From positions 87,978,001 through 88,042,000 of the forward strand of contig NC_043000.1 in assembly GCF_006345805.1 (NCBI RefSeq): a stretch of 64,000 nucleotides of DNA. The letters run 5' to 3'. The notes below the pieces were generated by a model that was given only the letters and a program-made list of their open reading frames with translations, was not told the DNA's origin and did no database searches. The DNA comes from Octopus sinensis (Eukaryota). The position numbers and the translations under genes are program-made. Below, piece by piece: positions 53,960 through 64,000 of this stretch (positions within the stretch are counted from its first letter, which is position 1; every line of letters starts with the position of its first letter).

Positions 53960-54810
53960 AATGTCGACTTCACACACATATACACAGACACACACACCGA
54001 CAGGCAGGCGAGATAAGGCGTCGGCGGGGATTTTGTCAGTGCTAGCGATGTGGCGAATGTCACTAGTGAACTGCAATATATTAGTCCAAATGTCTTGTTT
54101 CTCTGGGCGAGTACCAGTTCGTTTTCGCAAAGAGAGCGAAAGTTAGCGGTTTGTGGTCGGTGAAAATCGTGAAATCTCTGTCTTCGAGAAGATGAGAAAA
54201 ATGCTTCACCGCTAGACAAATTGCTAAGAGTTCTTTATCAAACACACTGTATTTCAACTTGGCGTCTTTTAACAGGCGAGTAAAGAAGGCCAATGGCTGG
54301 CTTCGGCTGTTGACTGATTGCTCTAAAACTGCGGCAATGGCGGATGATGACGCGATGACAGTGAGTGTCAATTTTGCATCCGCAATAGTATGAGCGAGGA
54401 AGGATGCGTGAGCAAGGTCAGATTTGACAAATTCAAAAGCTTGGATGGATATGGATGTAGGAGATAGCGTTATGAGGAATCTTTTTTCGTTGATCTTTCA
54501 AGAGCTGGTTCAGGGGAAGCAACTTCTCCGCACAGTTAGGAATGAAACGACGATAATAATTAATTAAACCAATACATTTTCTCAGCTGTTTTAAGGAAAT
54601 AGGAGACAAGAGTTTGATAGCTTCCAGTTTAGAGGGAAGCGGACGAATAACGTCGGCGTCATTGAGATGCCCCAAGAATTCCAAGTTGGTAGAGCCGAAT
54701 AGACACTTAGCTGGATTGATCTTGACATCATAGGAACGTTGGCGCTTAAGTGTTGGAGGTGCTGGTGTGGAATACCACTGGCGATTAGAAGCCATCGACG
54801 TATACGAAAA
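53960..54810 (-). mobile_element. Gypsy/Ty3 RT-RNase H remnant, degenerate
   Basis: VYVDG (decayed YxDD), INPAKCLFG, GLINYYRRFIPN, KELLAI, FTDHKPL, ADALSRL. Confidence 0.9.
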
Positions 54811-57769
54811 CAAAATGTCACCGCTGCTTGCGCCATCTAGCACGAGCTTGTTTAAATCCGCTGTCAAGGGAGGTAACTGCGCCTACACGTATTTCATGAA
54901 AGTATGAAGTTTTAACAGCAAAAATAATTTAACAATTGAAAAATGGGTCCATAAAAATAAGCAATCTTTTGTTTTTTAATCATCCTCTGCAACATTATTA
55001 AAAGTTTGTATAGAAAACGACAGTTCTAAAAAAATAAAGCAAAATGACGTTCGAGGGCTCCATTCATAAAAGAAAGAAGTGTGCAGACTCGTCGCCAGAC
55101 TTTAGGGTTCTGGGATGATTCAGAATATTCTGGGTGGGCACAAATTTTTGATAATGCTGAAGTGGAGTTTCGAAATAAGTGTTGCACCTTCAGATTTACA
55201 GTGAGATTTATAGTGAGGGGGAAGTGTCATCCGTTGCACCCGATTAGCAACGAGCATGGATATGTGTTTAGAGAAAGACAAAACTATGCTAGTGTCTGTT
55301 GACGGTATTTTTGACAACATAATATTTTGACTCATATCTGTAGAGATTCTACCATATGCAAAAATTTACCAGCCATCACGTTTTCTTCCTCGCGTCATTA
55401 AGTTCCTGACTTTCAGACAGTTTCCCTACCAAGCTCTCTGTTCCTTCTCTTCTGATCTAGTCTTTATTACTGTGCTCTAGAGAAATTTGATTGGATAGAT
55501 CTGTGATGACGTCAACAGTCGAAAATCCGGGATGTGCTTAATATAATTTTATTAGATTTTGTTGATGTCATTACTCAGTGCTCCTATTTGTGCTTATGAA
55601 AATTTTCTAATAGGAAAGATAACAGTCGGGGTTTAAACGAGAAAAGAGAGCTGCTACAAAGTCAATATTAGCCTTGAATAATCAAAATTGTAATGTTTTA
55701 AAACGGATATGACTTTCGTACGTTACATAAATAAGTAGAAAATCAAATTTTCTGTTGTGAAGGTATGTGGCTAAGTGGTTAGAATATTAGGCCTACTATT
55801 GTGAGATTGTAGTTTCGATTCCTAGACCGGCGATACATTCGTGTTCCTGAGTAAAGCACTTCATTTCACGCTGCTCCAGTCCAGTCAACAGGCAAAAATG
55901 AGTATTCCTGCGACAGACCAATGTACCAGCCGGTGGGGAGTATATACGCTTGGGAACCAGCCTCATGAGTCAATACGACAAGGGGGAAGGACCTTTATTT
56001 TTTCTTCTTTTGACTTACCGTTAATATTTCATCGCGCAGTCTCAGATGAAACCCTGTAAATATTCATGTGTCGGTGGAAAGTTGAGTGATTAGCTGATAT
56101 ACTTTGTTTTTTCTTTGGTGTTTAAAAATATGTTATATTAGAGTAATTGATGTAATAAAAGTTGTTGCGTTGATCCACCAGGTGCAGATTCAGCGGCATA
56201 TAAATAAAACATAAAAAGAACATAATATTTAAATTGTGATTCAGAGATGAATTTACATAAGTGCAGATATACGATACAATAGATTTGAAAGCGTTAGAAT
56301 CTACGTTTGCCAGGTTAATTACATAAAATATTAAATGTCTCCTGGGAACAAAGGAAAACGCCTTTTTTTTTCAAAAACTGTGTTTAACAAGATTATTAAA
56401 TAGTTTAAAGAATTCCCAAGGATAGCAAGCAAAAGACGATGCTAATTTTTTTCTCTTCAAAATTTTATATTTTGTTCTATAATTTTATATTTTGTTACAT
56501 GAGATTTACCTTATCATATTGATTCAAAATTACTTTTCAATTGATGCTGATGAAAGATGCTTCCAACAAAGAACAACGTTAAAACGGCAAACATTTGGTA
56601 GCCAGGGAAGAATATGTGCTTTCATTATTATTATTATTTGCCAGGTATATGATCGGTAACAATATTTCAGTTATCGTAGATCAAGTTGCAAGACAACAAC
56701 TAAATTTATAGACGAGTATGCTATGGGGAAAAAGCAACAGGTTTGGGAAAAAATTTGGAGTAGGAAGTAAGCGTTTGGAGGTACCCTATTCGAAGACTTT
56801 AGCAACACATAATTAAGCAAATTCTCTAAGTTTGAAATAAACTACAATGATATATACGACACTACCTGCGTAGCAAGTAACTGTTAGAATATTTTTTACT
56901 TAATATTCACTGCACGGAGACAATTTATTTAGTGAGTTCAAAGATAAGATTTCTCATGGTATCCTAGCTTTGATTGCACCTAAATAAACAATATATCTTA
57001 CACGCTTTCAATGAATTCCTAATTATTGTCTTTTGTGACTGTTGGCAAAAACAAAAATGTACCATCACAAATAGATGCTGACCTTCGGAACCGTATAAGT
57101 GAAAGCTAAGTGTCGTCGGGAGATGGATAGATGATGGCGAAAATTAAGAAGTTTTGAAAGATAAGAGAAATGAAAATAGGAGGAATGAAGACGATTATAT
57201 TATATAGAAAGCAAGACAACACCTTTTCGTCACAGGACCTGTATTACACCAGAATCGAAAAGTTTCTAGAAAAATGGTAAAGGAGATTAGGGAAGGTATA
57301 TTTCTGTTGACATCATATGATGATACAATCCTTTCAATCCATCTAATCCTTGTTTATAGAGTTACAAGATTTATTTAAGACACTAAACATTGCTTCTATC
57401 CGAAATGAATTTTGCTAAAAGAAAATACATTAATGGCCTTGGCACAGGTTCTTCGAGTGCTCAACTTCCGACATTTGAAAAACCTCTGTGAGAAGAACCA
57501 CAGTTGTTTGACCGAGACTGAAGGCCACCTGAATGAAAACAGCCAATAAAATTTGCCAACGTTTACTGGTGTATCATGAAACGTCTGCTACGGCCAAACG
57601 AATATTATTTTGTAGCAAAACGATTAAAGACATGGATTCAGTAAAAATATCACGCTAGAAGGAGAACAAATTCTCCGGCTATACTTTATATAGAGCCAAC
57701 ATAAAAATAAATTGTACTTTAGCTGATGTAAATTTGTACCCAGAGTAACAAATACACAAAAGATTTCGG

Positions 57770-57900
57770 CAAATTCTGCCGAGGTCGACTTTGCTTTTTA
57801 TCCTTTCGGGATCGATAAATTAAGTACAAGTGAAACACTGGGATCAATGTAATCGACTAGTCACCTCCCCACAAATTTCAGGCATTGTGCCTTTAGTAGA

Positions 57901-57904
<4 letters not shown>
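57770..57904 (+). mobile_element. 5'-truncated tRNA-derived SINE ending in (ATT)n
   Basis: ggtcgactttgc...cctttcggg...aagtac central domain, which resembles the MetaSINE-type domain as I recall it. Confidence 0.8.
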
Positions 57905-57973
<69 letters not shown>

Positions 57974-58006
57974 TATTATTATTATTTTATTATTATTATT
58001 ATTATT

Positions 58007-59803
58007 CAGTAGTTTTATTTTTATAGCGTGCTTTCACTTCACTACCGAGCGCAGCTCTGTGTGCCTTGGGTATGTGCTGTGATTTGTTGTGATGCTCTGA
58101 TGGTTATTGTATGGAAAGTGTTCTGCGTAGGATGTGTGCAGTGCCTAGTAGTGCAATTTTCTGTATGTTATATGTGTTTGTAAGTCCCGGTGTTTTTGTT
58201 ATGTATTTGTCTGAATATTTTTTTATCATGCCTAATGCACCTACTATGATAGGAATTGTTTCTGTTTTCAGATTCCACATTCTAGTTACCTCTATTTCCA
58301 GGTCTTTGTATTTTGAGAGTTTCTCCATTTCTTTTAGAGAAACGTTGTCATCTCCCGGTATTGATACATCAATTAGAAAGCATTTTTTTTCTTCATGATC
58401 TCTGACAACTATATCTGGTCTGTTGGCCTTAATTTCTCTATCTGTGTGTATCGGCATATCCCAGAGTATGGTTGCTTTCTCGTTTTCTGTGACCTTTTCT
58501 GGTGTGTGCCTATACCATCTTTTTTCTGTTGTTATTCCATAATGTTGGCATAGCTTCCAATGTATGTAGGTTCCAACTCTGTCATGTCTGTGAATATATT
58601 CCTTCTTAGCCAGGACTGGGCAGCTAGAGATAATATGATTTATTGTTTCTTGTCCATCTCCACATATTCTGCAGTTACTTGTAATATTTCTTTTCATTAC
58701 ATGTTTTTGGTAATTTCTGGTGGGGAGGCTTTGGTCTTGTGCTGCAATTAAAAATCCCTCTGTCTCTGCTTTGAGTCCTGAGCTTCTCAACCATTGCTGG
58801 GATTTTTCTTTGTCTATTTCTTTTGCGTTTAGTTTAGTGCAGTATTTACCATGAAGGGGCTTTTCTTGCCATCGTTTTATCATGGTTCGTTGCTGTTCTA
58901 TTTTTAGTTTGGATTTCATTTGTTTTATAGCTTTTGTTGTTTCTTCATCATCATCTTCTTCTTCTTCTTCTTCGTGTTTATTAGGTGGTATGATTTCTTG
59001 TTTGTATTTGTCAGCTTCCTTAAATACTGAGAACAGTATTTTGTTTTGCTCGTGTTTTGCTGCTATCTGGATCAGTTTTCCTTCCTTCTGAAGTAGGTAT
59101 TTTTGCAGTCCTATGGTGGTTATTTTATAGTAGTTTTCCAGCTGTATAAGGCCTCTACCACCTTCTATACGTTGTATATATAGTCTTTCTATGTCAGATT
59201 TTGGGTGATGCATCCTAGATCCTGTCATTATTTTTCTTGTTTTCCTATCTATTTTGGTCAGTTCATTTCGTGTCCAGTTAAGGATATTGTAGCTGTAACT
59301 TATAACTGGGACAGCTAAAGTGTTGATACCTATTATCTTGTTTTTAGCATTGAGCTCTGTTTTTAGTATTGATCTAACTCGTCTATAATATTCTTTTTTT
59401 ATTTTCTCTTTCATTTGTGTGTGTTGTGTCTTATCTAGTTCATGGATTCCTAAGTATTTGTAAGTTTGGCTTTGGTCTAATTCTTTTATTTCATTGGTTT
59501 TATCTAGTGTGATGTTGTTACTCTTAACTAGTTTTCCTCTTTTCATGGTTACTTTGGCGCATTTTTCTAATCCAAATTTCATATCTATTTCTTTGGTAAA
59601 TCCATGAACTGTCTTTAATAGTGTTTCCAGCTGTTTGTCATTTGCAGCGTATAGTTTTAGGTCATCCATATATAAAAGGTGGCTGATCGTTTTGCCGTAA
59701 CATTTATATCCGCATCCAGTTCTATTTAGCATATCAGATAGAGGTGACAGTGCCAAGCAGAAAAGGAGTGGAGAGAGCGTGTCTCCCTGGAATATTCCTC
59801 TTC

Positions 59804-59804
<1 letters not shown>
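58007..59804 (-). mobile_element. 5'-truncated R4/Dong-clade non-LTR retrotransposon (RT C-half, CCHC finger, restriction-like endonuclease)
   Basis: Flanked by (ATT)n on both sides, with a 97-nt 3'UTR. Motifs QGDTLSP, YMDD, CRICGDGQETINHIISSC, RHD, RPDIV...IDVSIP...KLSKY. Confidence 0.93.
58104..59804 (-). CDS. Uninterrupted 567-codon C-terminal part of the R4/Dong ORF (no native start)
   Basis: From the ORF track 58104..59975. Element-derived sequence begins at RRGIFQGD (59804); the upstream 57 codons are antisense SINE plus (AAT)n. Confidence 0.85.
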
Positions 59805-59861
<57 letters not shown>

Positions 59862-59864
59862 ATA

Positions 59865-60077
59865 AAGGTGGCGAGCTGGCAAAATCGTTAGCACGCCGAG
59901 CGAAATGCTTGACGGTATTTCCTTCGTTTTCACTTTCTGAGTTAAAATTCCGTCGAGGTCGGATTTGCTTTTCATCCTTTCCGGGTCAATAAAATAAGTA
60001 CCAGCTGATCAATGGGGTCGATATAATCAACTATCCCCATCCACCGAATTTCAGGCCTTGTGTCTTTAGCAGAAATG
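59865..60077 (+). mobile_element. Full-length tRNA-derived SINE ending in (ATT)n
   Basis: ggtggcgagctggcaaaatcgttagc head and the same central domain. Confidence 0.85.
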
Positions 60078-60172
60078 ATTATTATTATTATTATTGTTGT
60101 TGTTGCTGTTGTCGTATATTTTTGTTGTTGTTGTTGCTGTTGTTGTTATTCTTATTATTACTATTATTATTA

Positions 60173-60242
<70 letters not shown>

Positions 60243-60243
60243 T

Positions 60244-61110
60244 TCATATACCCTCACAGATTAGACTCCTTACCTTATCGACATCACCAACATGTCTACG
60301 TACACACCATCACCAACACTCGTTCCAAGTTTAACTCCACGCTATTGTGAATATTCACCATGGTTAACAGCTCAGCTCTACCTGCGAGAATTTTCTGTAC
60401 CAAAGCAACCTGCCAATGGATTGAAGCCACAACCTCTACACGCGTAGTAACCGCTCTCCTCTTTGCCACCAACTTCATTGATACACCGAACTAACTGCTA
60501 TGGTGTGACTTACACCGAACTGGTAATTAACTTCATCTTGTCTGAACATTCGTTTGTATTCTGAGAGACTCATTTTCTATTTGTTCTCTATTGTTCTTCA
60601 TTGTTCTGTACGCACTCACGAACACACAGACACACACTTATGTCGCACGCACTCAGACACACTCTGCTAACACACATTCACGCTCTTATCATGTACACAT
60701 TGTGTAAATAAAGTCTTCTTCTCTCAAACATGAACGGTTGTGTCGTCCTCTTTATTCATTGTGGTACTCTTATTCTTTTATGCCATATATTTGGCCTCTT
60801 CTTTGTGGGGTGATCGTGCGGCGTTTAAAAGGAGACATTTCTGTCACCATCTCCTTTACGCAGGTCGTCTCTACAACCCTCTTAAGTATCTTAGCTGTCC
60901 CTAACAATACTGCTTTCTGGAGCTGTACTAAACTGGGTTTTATGCCTATTTCCTCTATCCATCTTTAGGGATAGTTCCCACTGTACCTATAACTACTGGG
61001 ATACATTTTACCTTCACTTCCCATAGTCTCTGTATTGCAATAGCTAGGTCCTGGTGCTTTGCTAATTTTTCTATACCTCTTTTATAGCCGGTTTGGTTAC
61101 TGCTTGTGTA
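60244..61110 (-). mobile_element. Second, divergent R4/Dong-type RLE element: ORF C-terminal remnant plus about 600 nt 3' region ending in (AAT)n
   Basis: Minus strand 60860-61080 reads KLAKHQDLAIAIQRLWEVKVKCIPVVIGTVGTIP and, after a frameshift, LQKAVLLGTAKILKRV. This parallels the end of the 58104 ORF. Confidence 0.75.
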
Positions 61111-62534
61111 ACACTACTTTTATATGTTTCCTATTTGGAAATAGATAAAAAATATATTTTACTTTTGAAGTAGGAATATATATTGAAAAACACGTCACTT
61201 ATAACTTACTTATAAGTGTTATCATTATACATAATTCCTGACTCTAGCTACATAAACACCATAGCAAGAAATATATACTCGCTAACGAACATTTTATGCG
61301 TGCATGTATGTTGAAGATAAATAAATTCGTGTTCTTTTAACCGCTATAAAAAAATACAGTTTCATAATTGCAAAAATAAATTTCATTAAGTTGAAGAATG
61401 TGAAGAAAGAGAAAATAATTCCTACATTAGTTTATTTATGTACATTTAGCATTTATAGTACAATTGGAAAGTAAAGTCATTTTGTCGTAGAGAGTTATGA
61501 CTTAAAATTCACACTAGCTAATCTTTCATACTAACTACTAGAGTTCACAACAATTCAAATAAGTCTTGTTGGATTTTAGTCATAGACATGGCATAAAAAT
61601 AACCAAAATCTCAAGGAGTGAGTGTCGTGGAGTTTAGTAACATTCAACGATCACTATTGTGAGTATCGTGGAGTTTGGTGACATCCTACGATCACCGAGT
61701 AATTCCCCCAAAATCAAGGTTTCATAACTGCTTATATCCGAATTCTAAGAACCGTATTTCGTGAAAGATTTCTTTAACGAGAGTTTAGAATTCGTATATG
61801 GGCAGTAATTTTAACCAATCGGATTACCAACAATTATGCTTGTTCGGGCAAACGACCATTACGTCATATTGCCGCCTTTTATTACTTGCTACATAAGCTC
61901 TTCACCAGAAAAATTGTTAATTTTGCGAAGAAAAAAAAGAATAATCATAATACATATATATTTCAATAGAATGTTTGAATTAATACTTTTAGCAAGTCAA
62001 ATATACAAATTTATAAAGGATTTTATAATAAGAGATTCACAAATTTACAATGTTAAAGAAATGAAAATAACCGCTCATCACGGTTGTAAAATAACAACAC
62101 CATTCTTGTAAAGTTTATCAAGTTGTTCAATCTAATTTCTCTGGAAAAAAATACAAATCTTTTATTTTTTATAAACAAAAAATTCAAGGAATATAAAAGT
62201 TCATGAGGAATATATTCAAACAAACTGAGAAAATCTTTTGGGAAAATGCACAATTCTACTACTTCTAGTCTTTTTTTTTTCGCTGGTTGGGGATTTCAAA
62301 ATTGCCTTCTGGATCTTTTTCTCAACTTTAAGTTCACTGTTTTGTGAATTGTTCTGTTTCAAGTTATTTTGAAATGTGTTGCTCAAATCTTTGTTATTTT
62401 CATGGTATGAAGACTGATCGAAATAAACTTTTTTAACACTGTCTAAAATGTCAGTTTCCTTTTTACCGTGTATATCAAAGTCATAGTTTTATCTTTAATT
62501 AACTAAACTTTAAATGGTCCAATGTATTTATAAT

Positions 62535-64000
62535 TCAGTGAATGATGACTGGTATTATTATGTGCAAATACATGAGTCCAAGAATTAATATCAGAAGGAA
62601 CGAAACCTTTAATATTTTATAATTTACTTGTAAAAGAAGGAACACCAGAAAGAAATCTCTTGAGCAGGTTACATAATTGTTAATATCTTCATTAAAAGAA
62701 TTGGTTTCTTCAAACATTTGACCAGGAAGAGTTACTGTTGTTCTGTACAAAAGTTCAGCAGGAGAATATTGTAAGCTTTCTTTAACAGCACTCCCGATTC
62801 CTAACAATGTCACTGGTAAAACTTCTAACCAACTGTCAGAATCAGAGTTAGTTCTTAATGAAGATTTCAAATGCATATGAAACCTTTCTATCATGCCATT
62901 AGATTGTGGATGATACGAAGTTGTACGAAATCTTTGAATACCCAACAATTTATTGAATTCTGCGAAAAGAATAGATTCAAATTTTCTTCCACGATCTGCC
63001 GTCAATATGTTGGGTATGTTGAATCTAGACATCCAATTGGTAAATAAAGTTCTTGATATAGTTACTTCTGATATGTCTTTGATTGGATAAGCTTCTGGCC
63101 ATCGCGAAAAAGGATCTATGCATGTTAACAAATAAATATTACCTTCCACTGGAGGTAATGGTCCAAATATGTCAGTATTAATGTGTTGGAATCTGGCATG
63201 AGGATTTGCAAAAGTACCTAATGGTGCTTTAATGTGAAAATTTACTTTTGCTTTGTGGCACGGCATACACGATTGAACCCAAGAACGAATATCTTTATTC
63301 ATACCAGGCCAAACAAAACGACTCGGTATTAATTTTAATGAAGCTCCAATACCAGAGTGAGATGATTTATGTAAGGTAGAAAAATAACTATTCTATGTCT
63401 TTCAGGCACAAATGGTCTAGAAAAACCAGTAGAAATATCACACCAAATATATGATTTACAAGAATGAATCGGCAATAATTTAAATTTCAAAGAAGTAGAA
63501 CTGGAATCTTTATACAAAGAAAATTATTTATCAGTAGTTTGATCTTTAGACATTTCTTCTGAATTGATAGTACTTAATGAACGTAATGCATCAACATTCA
63601 TTCGAGAAAGTGCATCAACTGCAGAATTGTCAACACCCTTGAAATACTGTATATCCACTGTAGACTGTAATATATAATCAAGGTGTCTAATTTCTCCGGG
63701 AGAATATTTTTCAGAAGAATTTTTTAGTGCACGTGTCAATGGATTATGGTCAGTAAATAATGTAAATGACCTACCTTCAAGATGTCTGAAGTATTTAATT
63801 GACAAGTAAGCTGCCAACAATTCTCTGCCGAAAACTCTGTATTTCGTTTTTAGTGTCTTAAAAGTTTTTGAAAAGAAAGATAATGGTTGCCAAGAACCAC
63901 AATGAAAGTGATGTAAAACTCCACCGGTTCCAAGATCGGAAGCATCAACTACCAACGATAATTTTGCTTCAGGAACCGGATGGTTTAAGAGTGTTGTTTC
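62535..64000 (-). mobile_element. Gypsy/Ty3 pol remnant (RNase H-like domain plus integrase), frameshifted, runs off the window
   Basis: DASD..G, FTDHNPL and VDALSR motifs; integrase H-H-C-C region, DIFGPLP, YHPQSNGMIERFH. Confidence 0.93.

Noticed and set aside
59805-59975. N-terminus of the 623-aa ORF as native protein
   Set aside because: It is antisense SINE plus (AAT)n, not element coding sequence.
1790-60350. Numerous 60-110 aa ORFs rich in IY, HT, CV, II, NN or LL
   Set aside because: They are translations of (TA)n, (CA)n, (ATT)n and (TAGA)n microsatellites and of SINE bodies.
60244-60840. Solo LTR of the neighbouring Gypsy
   Set aside because: It has AATAAA and ends in CA, but there is no matching second LTR, TSD or clear PBS. 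It is continuous with the RLE ORF end and abuts (ATT)n, so a 3'UTR is more parsimonious.
62275-62292. Possible second CACTA terminus (ttttcgctggttggg)
   Set aside because: No subterminal repeats and no SINE remainder beyond it.

Overview
AT-rich, repeat-dense animal genomic DNA. The SINE and RTE families match those I recognise from Octopus (coleoid cephalopod); this is recognition only, not a database result. The left part holds three coding exons of a minus-strand focadhesin (FOCAD) orthologue (16970-17041, 10377-10531, 4695-4799) that splice in frame across 6.4 and 5.6 kb introns. The start-codon exon was not found, and later exons probably lie left of position 1. At 41.6-45.8 kb there is a probable CMC/EnSpm(CACTA)-type transposon end followed by a spliced, decayed DUF4806-like gene. 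The rest is mostly mobile DNA: two mariner pseudogenes, piggyBac-type and mariner-type MITEs, Helitron/HINE remnants, RTE, CR1 and L2-like LINE fragments, two Gypsy pol remnants, Penelope-derived repeats (one with a minimal hammerhead-like motif), many tRNA-derived SINEs, and two R4/Dong-type RLE retrotransposons sitting in (ATT)n tails of SINEs, one with a 567-codon open frame. Most ORFs in the supplied track are microsatellite or antisense-repeat artefacts. No rRNA, true tRNA gene or CRISPR array is supported. I cannot establish a new biological system from sequence alone; the best leads are ranked under findings.
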